Below, in pieces: positions 1 through 12,944 of a stretch of 64,000 bases of DNA. Where the stretch lies: positions 27,215,648-27,279,647 of the forward strand of contig NC_092673.1 in the NCBI RefSeq assembly GCF_964355755.1, in the 5' to 3' direction. How positions within the stretch are numbered: position 1 is the first letter of the stretch; each line of letters opens with the position of its first letter. The notes beneath the pieces are model-generated. The model searched no databases and had not been told where the DNA came from. It saw only the letters and a program-made list of their open reading frames with translations. The DNA comes from Antedon mediterranea (Eukaryota > Animalia > Echinodermata). The translations under genes were made by a program, and so were the position numbers.

Positions 1-637
1 ATTTGCATAAAATTACCAATTTTCAAGCGCACGATTTTTAAAGTTTGACGTGCACGTGTGTCATTATTTTGCATTCATAATTCATCAAATGTGAAAGAAA
101 TATATCATAAAACTATGAAAAACAATAATCAAGCCCAAAAACGGGCTTTCTATGCTGCGTACGAGCGAAGTGCGCAAAAGCGCGCGCGCAACGCAAATTT
201 TTTTGAAAAATGTGAAATGCTTAAAATGTCCTGAAACGTGTAGAAAGTTGATTAGAAATTGATTTTGAGCATTTTTAACTTTCAAAGCGCGCGTACGCGC
301 GATTTGACCAATGTTCAAAATTTTGCTGATGATACAGGAAGATGACCCTTGACATGAAGCATACGTGTTTCAAGTGGTATTTAAAAATAGCTATTGGTTT
401 TCAAGTTATAGTCAATCTAAGAATTTCAGAAAATCGCGCGTAGTTACGCTACGCGACAATATTTTCATTAAACCAAAGTGTGTTGCACAACTACATATAT
501 ACGTGCATCTGCTGGCCAAGTTACAACATAACTGCTACCGCCGTTTTTGAGATCTGCTGCGCACAAAAATTGAGCAGAAAAAATGAAATTTGTGACAATA
601 AATATAGGCTATCGCTCTACAGAGAGCGATAGCCTAA
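1..637 (-). mobile_element. E0, subfamily D, partial (cut by window start)
   Basis: Near-identical to 61380-62030; head hairpin TAGGCTATCGCTCT-AC-AGAGAGCGATAGCCTAA at 605-637. Confidence 0.85.
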
Positions 638-703
638 AAAAAAAAAAAATATGATGAAACAGGACGATTACAAGGAGTTATCCGCTACTAAGCGGATAAC
701 TAA
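638..703 (-). repeat. Displaced A-type 5' head of an element whose body lies left of the window
   Basis: An-TATGATGAAACAGGACGATTACAAGGAGTTATCCGCTACTAAGCGGATAACTAA with no adjacent body. Confidence 0.75.
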
Positions 704-2289
704 CTAGACATGAAACTCGTCACTTTGACGAGTTAGTTATCCGCTCGACAAACGCCACGTGCACGTCATACGTTACAATATTGCGCACAGAAAAATATTA
801 AGGCATTATGACCTGAACTGAAGAATATGATATGTTGTTATTTCTGAATTCTGTTATTTTGTGTCATATAGTATACAGAGTACAATCTGTATACATATCA
901 CAAACAGTGTAAAATAGGTGAAATTACGGGACCCGTATTTTATTGTAATTTTTAACATCTTGACGGTTTCAAAATGAAATGCAAAAGTAGAAATTTCAGA
1001 ATGAAATTATCTCAGCAACAACATATTAACGTGTAGAAGAAATTTGAATACGTGAAATATTGATGCGCGCTCTTTTAAATGTAATGAAATATAATGCAAA
1101 AGATGAAAATACGACTTTTTTTATTTAACTGGCCATATGATGACGTCACGACATTCAATTGGCACAATTTACACATGATTTTGTATCTACAATACAATAG
1201 CTTCCTGAAAACGTTTTAATCGTGATTATCACATTTTATTCTTACGAGGTATAACAGATTAAAATTTACTGTAAAGATGAAATTAATGACCAACGTAATT
1301 TAAATTTTTAGGCATGATGACGTTAAAAAAATTAAAAAAATTTTAATTCATGCAAAAGATAGTTGATTGACCTAGAATATATTAAAATCGGGGTGAAAAT
1401 AGACAACGAATAAGTGGAGATGCGCTCTATTAAATGTGATGAGCTATGACGAAAGAGACAAAAATCCTATATTTTATATTCGCGTGGCCATACGATGACG
1501 TCACAATGTCCGGTTACCCATATTAATGCATGATCCGATATCTACAACTCATCAACTTCCAGAATATGTAATTAAAAAAAAGTTCTCCATGTAGTTTAGA
1601 ATCTATGACTGTTTAAAAATAGGCATAATTTTGACAAATTTTTGAACTTTTTCACCAAAAACGCGTGCAAATTATGTAATTCGACGTGCTCGTATGACGT
1701 AATTTTAAGTCGAAATTGTTTAAAAGTTGGTAACATTACTAGAAAAGGCTGAAAAAACATAAATCACGCGAAAAAAATATGTTTTTAACGCTACGTGTGC
1801 ACCGCGTGCGTAAAAATTTTCGCGCGCGTGGGAATTTTTGACATGCTCAAAATGACATGAAACGCATAGAAAGTTGATTAGAAGTTGATTTTTCGCATCC
1901 TAAAATTTTAAACGCACGTACGCGCGTAACTTTTTGTGAAACATGCTATTTTTAATCCATAGAAAGTTTGCGCTTGATATGACTTAAATTTTCACAAAGT
2001 GTCAAAACAAAATTATGTTTGGTTTTTAGTCTATGATCAATCATTGAAATTCATAAAATCGCGCGTACGTCACGTTTCGCAACTCTGACGTCATTCAAAA
2101 ATAGGAGGTGCACAAGTTCACGTAAATGTCGATGTGTTGACAAAGTTACGATATGTTCTGTTTACACGTTTTAGAGAAACGCGACGCACAAAAATGACAG
2201 AAAGAAAGAAGTATAATACAGAAAAAAAAAAAAAATTTGATGAAACAGGACGATTACAAGGAGTTATCCGCTACTAAGCGGATAACTAA
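704..2289 (-). mobile_element. E1, subfamily A, complete
   Basis: Tail at 704, head ending at 2289; near-identical to E7 and close to E32. Last 17 bp duplicated at 2290-2306. Confidence 0.88.
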
Positions 2290-2306
2290 ACTAAGCGGAT
2301 AACTAA

Positions 2307-3819
2307 CTAGACATGAAACTCGTCACTTTGACGAGTTAGTTATCCGCACGACAAACGCCACGTGCACATCATACGTTGGAATATTGCACACAGAAAAAGA
2401 TCATGGCATTATGACCTGAACTGAAGAATATGATATGTTGTTAGTGCTGAATTCTGTCAATTTTGTGTCATATAGTATATATATAGTATAATATGTATAC
2501 ATATCACATACAGTGTAGAATAGGTAAAATTACGGTACCCACTATTTATTGCAATTTTTAACATGTTGACGGTTTTAAAATGAAACGCTAAGGTAGCAAT
2601 TTCGGAAGGAAATTATCTCAGCAACAACATATTAACTTGTAGAAGAAATTTTAATACGTAAAATATTAATGCGCGCTCTTTTAAATGTAATGAACTATGA
2701 CGCAAAATATGAAAATACGACTCTTTTTATTTAACTGGCAATATGATGACATCACAACATCCGATTGGCAAAATTTTCACATGATTTTGTATCTACAATC
2801 CAATAGCTTCCAGAAAACGTTTTAATCGTGATTATCACCTTTTATTCTTACGAGCTATAACAGATTAAAATTTACTGTAAAGATGAAATTAATGCCATAC
2901 GTAATTTAAATTTTTAGGCATGATGACGTCAAAAAAATTAAAATATTTTTAACTCATGCGAAAGATAGTTGATTGACCTAGAATATATTAAAATCGGGGT
3001 GAAAATGGACAACGAATAAGTGGAGATGCGCTCTATTAAATGTGATGAGCTATGACGAAAGAGACAAAAATCCTATATTTTATATTCGCGTGGCCATACG
3101 ATGACGTCACAATGTCCGGTTAGCCATATTAATGCATGATTCGATATCTACAACTCATCAACTTCCAGAATATGTAATTTAAAAAAAGTTCTCCATGTAG
3201 TTTAGAATCTATGACTGTTTAAAAATAGGCATAATTTTGACGAATTTTTGAACTTTTTCACCAGAAACGCGTGCAAATTATTTAATTCGACGTGCTCGTA
3301 TGACGTAATTTTAAGTCGAAATTGTTTAAAAGTTGGTAACATTACTATAAAAGGCTGAAAAAACATAAATCACGCGAAAAAAATATGTTTTTAACGCTAC
3401 GTGTGTACCGCGTGCGTAAAAAGTTTCGCGCGCGTGGGAATTTTTGACATGCTCAAAATGACATGAAACGCATAGAAAGTTGATTAGAAGTTGATTTTTC
3501 GCACTCTAAAATTTTAAACGCGCGTGCGCGCGTAACTTTTTGTGAAACATGCTATTTTTAATCCATAGAAAGTTTGCGCTTGATGTGACTTAAATTTTCA
3601 CAAAGTGTCAAAACAAAATTATGTTTCGTTTTTAGTCTATGATCAATCATTGAAATTCATAAAATCGCGCGTAAGTCACGTTGCGCAACTCTGACGTCAT
3701 TCAAAAATAGGAGGTGCACAACTTCACGTAAATGCCCATATGTTGACAAAGTTATGATATGTTCTGTTTACACGTTTTAGAGAAACGCGACGCACAAAAA
3801 TGACAGAAGGAAAGAAGTA
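2307..3819 (-). mobile_element. E2, subfamily A, interrupted in linker
   Basis: Ends AAGAAGTA|CTAG; the expected continuation TAATACAGAA reappears at 6839-6848. Confidence 0.85.
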
Positions 3820-5348
3820 CTAGACATGAAACTCGTCAGTTTGACGAGTTAGTTATCCGCTCGACAAACGCCACGTGCACGTCATACGTTGGAATATTGC
3901 ACACAGATAAAGATTATGGCATTATGACAAGAACTGAAGAATATGATATGCTGTTAGTGCTGAATTCTGTCAATTTTGTGTCATATAGTATACATGCAAA
4001 CACTACAGTATAATCTGCATACATATTACATACAGTGTAGAAAAGGTGAAATTACGGGACCCGCCATTTATTCCAATTTTTAACATGGCGACGGTATCAA
4101 AATGAAACACTTAGATAGCAATTTCAGAAGGAAATTATCTTAGGAACAACATATTAACGTGTAGAAGAAATTTGAATACGTAAAATATAGATGCGCACCC
4201 TTTTAAATGTGATGAACTATTACGCAAAATATGAAAATACAACTTTTTTTATTCAACTGGCCATATGATGACGTTACAACATCCGATTGGCAAAATGTTT
4301 ACATGAATTCGTATCTACAATCCCATAGCTTCCAGAAAACGTTTTAATCATGATTATCACTTTTTATTCTGATGAGCTATAACAGATTGAAATTTACTGT
4401 AAAGATGAAAATAAGTGACCCACGTTATTTACAATTTTCGACATGATGACGTCATAAAAATTAAAATATTTTTAACTCATGCGAAAGATAGTTCATTCAC
4501 CTAGACAATATCAAAATCGGGGTGAAAATAAAAAACGGATAAGTGGAGATGCGCTCTATTAAATGTGATGCGCTATGACGAAAGATATAAAAATCCTATA
4601 TTTTATATTCGCGTGGCCATACGATGACGTTATAATGTCCGATTAGCCATATTAATGCATGATTCCATATCTACAACTCATCAACTTCCAGAATATATAA
4701 TTTTAAAAAAGTTCACCTCGTAGTTTAGAATCTATGAATGTTTAAAAAAAGGCATAATCTTGACGAATTTTGACAAATTTTTTAACTTTTTCATCAAAAA
4801 CGCACGTAAATTATCCAATTGGATGTGCCCGTATGACGTAATTTTAGGTCAAAATTGTTCAAAAGTTGGTAAAATTACCAGAAAAGGCTGGAAAAACATG
4901 AATCACGCGAAAAAAATTGATTTTCAACGCTACGTGCGCACCGTGCGAGTAAAAATATGCGCGCGCGTGGGAATTTTTGACATGCTCAAAATGACATGAA
5001 ACGCGTAGAAAGTTGATTAGAAATTGATTTTTCGCATTTTGAAATTTTAAACGCCCGTGCGCGCGTAACTTCTTGTGAAACATGCCATTTTTTTTCCACA
5101 GTCAGTTAGCGCAAGATATAAATTAAACTTTTGTTAAGTTTCAATTTAAATTGCTATATGGTTTTCGATCTATGTTAAATACGCGAAATTCGTTAAAACG
5201 CGCGTAAATCACGTTGCGCAATTCTGACGTCATTCACAATAGGAGGTGCACAATTTCACGTGAATGCCCACATGTTGACAAAGTTATAAAATGTTTTGTT
5301 TACAAGTTTTTGAGATACGCGAGACACAAAATTGACAGAAAGAAAGAA
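3820..5348 (-). mobile_element. E3, subfamily A, headless
   Basis: Tail CTAGACATGAAACTCGTCAGTTTGACGAG; ends GAAAGAAAGAA|CTAG. Confidence 0.85.
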
Positions 5349-6838
5349 CTAGACATGAAACTCGTCACTTTGACGAGTTAGTTATCCGCTCGACAAACGC
5401 CATGTGCACGTCATACGTTGGAATGTTGCACACAGAAAAAGATTATGGCATTATGACCTGAACTGAAGAATATGATATGTTGTTAGTGCTAAATTCTGTC
5501 TATTTTGTGTCATATAGTATATACATTTTAAAGTACACAGTATAATCTGTATACACCTAATTTAAATTTTTAGGCATGATGATGTCATAAAAATTAAATA
5601 TTTTTAACACAGGCATAAGATAGTTGATTGACCTAGACAATATTAAAATCTCGGGAGAAAAAGGAATACAGATAACGGTGATGCGCTCCATTTAATGTGA
5701 GGAGCAATAACGAAAGAGACAAAAATCATATATTTTACATTCGTGTGGCCATACGATGACGTCACAATGTCCGGTTAACCATATTGATTAATGATCCGAT
5801 ATCTACAACTCATCACCTTCCAGAATATGTAAGTAAAAAAAAGTTTACCTCGTAGTTTAGAATCTATGATTGTTTAAAAAAAGGCATAATTTTGACGAAT
5901 TTTTGAATTTTTTCATTAAAAACATGCACAAATTGTACAATTCGACGTGCTCGTATGACGTAATTTTAAGTCTAAATTGTTTTAAAAGTTGATAAAATTA
6001 CTATAAAAGGCTGAAAAAACATAATTCACGCAAAAAAGATGTTTTTAGCGCTACGTGCGGACCACGCGCGTAAGATTGTTCGCGCGCGTGGGAATTTTTG
6101 ACATGCTCAAAATGTCATGATCAGCGTAGAAAGATGATTAGAAATTAATTTTGCGCATTTTAAATTTTAAATGCGCGTGCGCGCGTAACTTCGTGTAAAA
6201 CATGCCATTTTTAGTGCACAAAAAGTTAGCGCAAGATATAAATTAAACTTTTGATAAGTTTCAATTTAAATTGTTATATGGTTTTCAATCTATGTTAAAT
6301 ACGCGAAATTCATAAAATCGCGCGTAAGTCACGTTGCGCATTTCTGTGATCATTCACAATAGGAGGTGCACAACTTCACGTGAATGCCCATATGTTGACA
6401 AAGTTATGAAATGTTATTTTTACACGTTTTTGAGATACGCGAGACACAAAAATGGAGGAGAAATGCGCGTGTGCACGTAACTTCTTGTAAAACATGCCAT
6501 TTTTAATCCATAGAAAGTTTGCCCTTAATATGACTTAAATATTCACCAAGTGTCAATACAAAATAACTTTTATTTTTTATCCTATGATCAATCAATGAAA
6601 TTCATAAAATCGCGCGTAAGTCACGTTGCGCAACTCTGACGTCATTAAAAAATAGGAGGTGCACAACTTCACGTAAATGTCCATATGATGACAAAGTTAT
6701 GAAATGTTATGTGTACAAGTTTTTGAGATACGCGAGACACAAAAATGGAGGAGAAAGAAAGAAGAATAATATAAAGAAAAAAAAAAAAAAGATCCAGGAC
6801 GATTACAAGGAGTTATCCGCTACTAAGCGGATAACTAA
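5349..6838 (-). mobile_element. E4, subfamily A, rearranged (internal deletion near 5556; extra ~290-bp head-proximal module from 6461)
   Basis: Jumps from TATAATCTGTATACA to CTAATTTAAATTTTTAGGC; 6169-6460 is followed by a diverged second version starting at 6461. Confidence 0.82.
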
Positions 6839-8851
6839 TAATACAGAACTAGACAAATTAATGAAATGAGAAATATCACACATTTGAAAACAACTCAACA
6901 GATCTTAAAATAGATTAGAGTGTACCTGAATAAACAAACCAACATAGACAAAGAAACACACAAAAGTGATATTTATTAGCAAAAACCTCTTTCTTTACAC
7001 CTCGCCATGATCTGACATTTGAGCAGAATGTAAAAAAAATTAAATCAGTATCAATTATCAAAGTAAGATTGGATTACAAATCCTATTTCTTAGGTTTTTC
7101 TTAAGAAAGGTACCGGTATCTGCATTCATGTTCACACGCACTAGAGTTAAGTGTGCATAGAACGGATTTAGCTGATCCGAATCATATCAGAGTTATATCC
7201 AACGAAAGTAATGTGTTGTTAGCTCTCTATAGATATCAAGTATCATGTTAACTTTGATGGTACAGTACATCCAGCGTTTGAATGCAGAACAAGTTAAATG
7301 TATCTGCAATTATTTTATGAATAAAAAATAAAATTTAATAAATAAATCAATCAAATCAATACAAATGTAGGCCTCCTGATCTTCAGAGTAGTAAATAAAA
7401 GGGAACTATAAATAGAGAAAAGAATATGTACAGTAAACATAGCTACAGTAATTATTAGAAAATGAAGTAAACACAGTCGAGTACCTTGTATTACTATTAT
7501 TAGGTAATATTTTTGTTTGTATCCATAAAATAATTTGTTGCAAAGACTTCTTTTCTTTTTTTAATTTCTAAAAATTGTATTTAAAACAAGAAGTACCAGT
7601 AGCTAGTAGTTCAGCAATGTAAATAGGAAACTTCCATTACAACAATACAATCAATTAAGGATTTGAAGTGTCAAAGATAGAAATGTTTACTGGAATTTCA
7701 TTGGCATGACACTAAATGTGAAATTGAGTCTTCTATTTTATACAGTATATACAATTTTAAGTACAGTTTGTAATCAATACAAATGTACTATAAATAGTAC
7801 AGTACACAATTGCAACCTTGATTATTTAATTTCTAACATGAAGGATAAATTATTTCAAACGTGACCCAGTCAAATTAATTGACCTTGTTTAAAAGGGTGT
7901 TTCTTATAAGCAATATTTTTCCATCAAATTTTAAAATTAAAGAAATCATTGTATTGATCCATGACACACAAGAGTGTGGGCAGTTGTGGTTATAAAGGAT
8001 CCACATGAAGTCAAAAAATAAATTAAAAATTAAGAACTAAAAAAAATAATAGGTTATACCTTAACCGACTATTATAATACGGTATATTCTACAGAGGTTT
8101 ATATAACGCTGTACAATGCCAATAGGTGGTTAAATCTTTATATAGAATTATAAAAAAAAAAAAAACGAAAATAAATGAAATAAATATTAAAAACAAAACA
8201 AAACGTAACATATAAGTAAGTAACAAATATAACCATGAGACATAAAACTAAAACACAAGAGTAAGGAAAGAATTTTTAAAGCTTACTATAATTATTTGAG
8301 TTTTATATTTTTACTTATGTTCTTATTGTTAAAAAAAAGAATTAAGAATAGTTGAGTAATTGTATTGCATTTTATATATTGTAAATATTTATTTATTTAT
8401 ATATATACCTTTGTCGTGGGTATGTATGTTTTGTAGAGACATAAACCTATTGTTTTTTTTTGTTTGGTTTTTTTTTTTAATGTAGAGAGGAATAGTTAAA
8501 ATAAAAGAAAATTATGAAAAAAGTGGATAATACATATAAAAGTATATATATAATATATCCGACCGAATTGTTTCGATCAAATCGTACAAAAGATAAAAGA
8601 AAGTACAAGAAAATAACAGAACAGAATAACAAGGGAATATATATTTGGATGAAGTGTAAAATCATTGTATTGATCATTTGAGAATGAAATGAATAAAATA
8701 GTGGTTAACGCCACAAAAGAGAAAAAAAAAAATTAAGAACTATATTGCTACAAAAGGAAAATGTTGACAATTAAAAATAATCATAAAAAATAATTACAAA
8801 TTTTAATAACAAATTGGATTATTAATTTTTCTCTTTTCAAAATGTGCATTG

Positions 8852-9200
8852 TTATTTATTTATTATTATTTATTTATTCAACCATTTTTCAAGAGGGTGA
8901 CCCAGCCAGCGGAAGCTGATTTTAAGGGTCCCTCAACAATACGACATAAAACATAATCAGTAAAAATATATTAAAATAGTTAAAATTGAATAAAGAATAA
9001 ATATAAAAATGTAAATAGAAGAAAGGCAAAAAAGTAAAAGGTCAGGAAGATAAAAGTGTCATTATTAAGCATAAAATTCTTTAATTTACTTTTAAAATTT
9101 AAAAAGGTATTGCAATTTCTAATAGAAACGTCTAACGAGTTAAAATATGTAGGTCCTTCATAATTAAAAGAATGTTTTGTAAATACCGGATCATTGCACC
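8852..9200 (-). mobile_element. 5'-truncated LINE (L2/CR1/Crack-like) 3' end: ORF2 C-terminus, 3' UTR stem-loop, (TAAA/TAA)n tail
   Basis: Minus ORF ends ...KHSFNYEGPTYFNSLDVSIRNCNTFLNFKSKLKNFML, the SF-Y-G---(W/F)N-L---I------FK--LK motif typical of CR1/L2-group ORF2 ends. It is followed by GAGGGACCC...GGGTCACCCTC and GAATAAATAATAATAAATAAATAA. Confidence 0.75.
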
Positions 9201-10561
9201 TTATTCCATTCAGCTCAACATGCCCTAATAACTGGCAATACTGATTAAATTTTAAAATCATTTTCTACAAATAATTTAGAAAATTCCAGATTATTGTATA
9301 GTCTATGAGTGCCGCATACCTGGATAAAAATGAAAGATATAATACAATCCGAATTATGCCCTCTTATGGTAGAAAAGTCACAACATACCACCGTTACCAT
9401 TTCTTTTCTATATGAATTTTTTTTCATCTATCAATTTGGAAATAAGTGCTGTTTATTTTTGTAACAAACAATTTTTGATTGCAGTGTTTCAAACACAAGA
9501 ATACCTCATCTGTGCACCAAAGGGTTACATCTTGAGGGTGTACCTGCTGATCACCCATTAACAGCCCAGTTGGACTAACTTGTCAATTTCTTATTACATT
9601 AAATTGGTTTAGTGATAAATGAAAGAACAACAGTATTATTGAGTGTTAAGTTCACGCCGATTACCTTAAGTTCACAGCGTGGGAAATCAGTATCAATTGA
9701 ACCAGGACACAGTGGTCACCAAAATAATCACGGACATGCGCTACCAGGCCTGTGCGCTACCATTGAACTCCTTCGGTTGTGACAAATTTGTATTCGTGAT
9801 GAAAAAATGATTTTTAAACTCTGGCATTAATACAAACAATTACTATTTCATCTAAATTGCTCCAAAGTCAATGACATTGATTTTAAATTAATTACTTTAA
9901 ATAAACACTAACAAAAATATTATTTATTGTATACACTTGTAACTGCAAATTGGGCAGGGCATATACACTATCAATAGGCCTTGTCCTATTTTCTGCAGAA
10001 TACATTTAATTTACACATTTTCACAGATTTCCATCTTTTTCACCATTTATAAATCAATTAATTTTGTTTTTGATATACCTGTAAAATTATATAAACCCAT
10101 TATTTGGAATGAAATAAACAAGGATTTCAGAGAAATTGACCAATTATTTGCTTAGTCTTAGATCTGTACATCAATTAATCTTAAAATCAAATGCACTAAA
10201 ATACCATACTGTATTTTTAATTATAATTATTCTATAGTGATAGTACCGTATTTGTACAAATTTAGCATTTTCCCGAGAGAACCTTCCTTTTGACAAAGAA
10301 TATTATAAATAACAATTGTGCTATCCTTATCTTTTATCAATAAAGCAGCATTGACTTTCTAACAAGTGTTCATTATTTAGTATTTTAGTTTTTGTTAAAT
10401 ATATTTAACTATAAGTTAAATAATTGATTGTCAGGATTCATACTTCAGGTAGATTATCCTATAAATCAGCACGCTAGGCAATACTATTCACACCATTGGA
10501 AATTATCAATTCACAGTTCAAAGTTATAAAAAGATTTAAAAATCATTATACCATCTGTTCC

Positions 10562-10638
10562 TGATGCTCGTTATTTTTTCTTTTGTCTGTTTGTTATTTT
10601 AATGTTGAGCATCAAATAAATTCAATCAATCAATCAAT
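10562..10638 (+). mobile_element. Possible very short retroposon 3' remnant
   Basis: Inverted pair TGATGCTC (10562-10569)/GAGCATCA (10607-10614), then AATAAA and (TCAA)4. Confidence 0.3.
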
Positions 10639-11833
10639 AATACAACAAGGTCAGGAGATTTTTTTGTGATTAGAGACATAGGTTGTCATTCCCTTAATAA
10701 AGTACATGAACCAATATACAGTACTGTCATTACTAGTATTAAGCAACATCTCACAAGATTTCAATTATACAAAAAGTAGTATTGTAGTTTTAAATTCTAG
10801 TTGTTATGCAACTAAAGATGCTATAAATGTAATTAACTAGAGTCTGAACTCCACTGAAAGTTGAACAAAAATACATATTTATTTATTCTCAGATACATGT
10901 GATTCTTCACTATTTTTATATACAGATATGCATAGTTCCTGTTGTTAGTTCACTTTCTATAAACTCTAGAAATAGATTCATTTGTACTGTTGGAACATTA
11001 AAGGGTTTAGGCATATTTTTATACATATTATCAGACCTTTAAAAATGTAATTTTCAATATACCTTTGATCCAAGAATTATTATATTATTTACTATTGATA
11101 ATGTTGTTGTTATGTCAAAATGAGTTTCTATAAAGTGCAGTAAGCAATGCTCTCATATAAAAATTGTTGTCGCCAATTATAGTAGACCGCAAATCAAACT
11201 ACCCATGCGGTCTGCCTCTTCTCCGATACTGCCCTTATCAGCAGACCATCGGATACCATAGTTGTTTTAGAATTAAATGTCTAATTTACTTTGTAAGTTA
11301 TTTAATGGATTTATGTCTGATAAAAGCTATGGTTACTATAAGCATATATAATATTAGAACGGGCAAATCCTACAAAACATACCGGGTACTGGATCGAGGA
11401 TGGTGTATTAAATCATTTTTCCTCCATGGTGTAATGTTAGGTGAAATGTTGTATTTGTGCTATGAACCCTCAGACATGGAGAGCTTGACTGATGTATATT
11501 CCCACAGTCTCAGAGGCAAAGTAATCTGGATGGTAGTTTAATTATAAGCCAGTGCATGACCAGGACAATACAGTGATGAACAACGATATGAATACAGTAT
11601 ACATACCATAGGCACGATATCTGAATCATAGAACAGTCCCTACAAATGGATTATGACAGTAATCTCAATGAAGATCGCATTGCTTCTGATGAGAAAACTA
11701 GCTATGAGAAAATAATGGAATGTGCACGAACGATTCAAATTTACTTCCTAAACAAATTGCTGGGTTTAAAAATGTGTGACATCTCAAACAAATTATTATT
11801 TGATATATACTACATATTGTTTGAAGGTTTTCA

Positions 11834-11873
11834 CTCCTGAGGACGATCAAAGCATATTGATCGAAACGTCGAG
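11834..11873 (+). ncRNA. Minimal type I hammerhead ribozyme of the Penelope-like-element kind
   Basis: CTC-CTGAGGA-C-GATCAA-agcata-TTGATC-GAAAC-GTC-GAG: CUGANGA and GAAA cores, 6-bp stem II, loop-less stem III with palindromic ACGT, GUC cleavage triplet, 3-bp stem I (CTC/GAG). Confidence 0.7.
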
Positions 11874-12857
11874 AAACTCAACAGTTCTTTTCAGAACTAA
11901 CATATGTTGTGTAATGCAAACTTTATATCAACAAAGATATATACTGTATTAATATTGAAATTGTACTATGGCTGCAATTCATTTAAGTTTATCATGAAGG
12001 GCCTGAGAACTAATGGTCTTTCTTTCATAGGGGCCGTGCACATACAAAAAATATAATTTTTAATTATTACACAGGAAAAAAAGAAGTTAAATAATTGTTT
12101 AGATCCAAGTGAATGACTATTCCGTACGTGACAAAATTGTTTTTTTATATTTTTTTATCGGGGGAAAAAGGTCGTACACAACTAGAACACACTGTTGGAA
12201 TTGACACAGTAGACTTCCCATAATATGATGATGTCCATTCTTTCTATTAAATGAATAAATGGTTGCTAATTATTGATAAGTAGTCTAGATGCAGGGCAGG
12301 GCAATCCTAACTCTGAAATCTGTTCAAAGCTATAATTGTCTAAATTTCTATTAACCTTTGTTCTATCAAGGACACTGGATTCATTGTTTAAAATCATACT
12401 TTTATCAGTAGGTCATAAAATATAAAAATTACAAAAGGATAGAGGTGTGAGAAAACAATAACCGAGGATTTAATTGCATGTGAGAAGGTAAGTCCGTAAA
12501 TTCTGTTCTGTTCCACTGATTCTGAAATTGATTGAAAGTCAGGTATTTCAAAATGAACACAATCAAAAGCTAATTATAAGAATTTATTTAACATTTTCAC
12601 CCTTATCAAATTTTGGATTTTTTCTATTGATTGGCTATATTTTTTCTAGAAATTGTTGTATTCTTTAAAAGAAATCCTCCCATTTATCAGACTCAAAATT
12701 GCATAGTTGGCCCTATTTTTTAAAAATCCTAAATCCTTAAAAATTGCATTTAGTACAGAATACCAATTGTTTTATTACCAATTTAAGTCATATTATCTAT
12801 GAGAGTTTATACCACCAACAAACACCAGGAACAATTATTAATATAGTAATCCAATTT

Positions 12858-12944
12858 ACACTATATCACACACTATATCACACACTATATCACACACTAT
12901 ATCACACACTATATCACACACTATATCACACACTATATCACACA
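12858..12944. repeat. 12-bp minisatellite (ACACTATATCAC)x7
   Basis: Seven perfect units; explains the TLYH repeats of ORF 12744-12953. Confidence 0.95.

Larger units (their letters stand above)
1..6855 (-). mobile_element. Cluster 1 of nested non-autonomous Helentron/HINE-like elements (E0-E4 plus displaced heads)
   Basis: Repeated + strand units CTAGACATGAAACTCGTCACTTTGACGAGTTAGTTATCCGC...GAAAGAAAGAAG...An...GAGTTATCCGCTACTAAGCGGATAACTAA. On the minus strand this reads TT-subTIR/IR ... subTIR-hairpin-CTAG. Confidence 0.85.

Noticed and set aside
8477-8677. Hydrophobic 66-aa ORF
   Set aside because: Product of T-rich low-complexity strand; no other support.
11164-11840. ORFs 11164-11541 and 11646-11840 as a gene
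   Set aside because: No recognisable domain or convincing splice structure; the second runs into the Penelope-type remnant.
12430-12495. Isolated donor-like sites (AG|GTAAGT at 12488 on +; GTAAGT near 14740 on -)
   Set aside because: No matching acceptor or open frame; such hexamers are expected by chance in AT-rich DNA.
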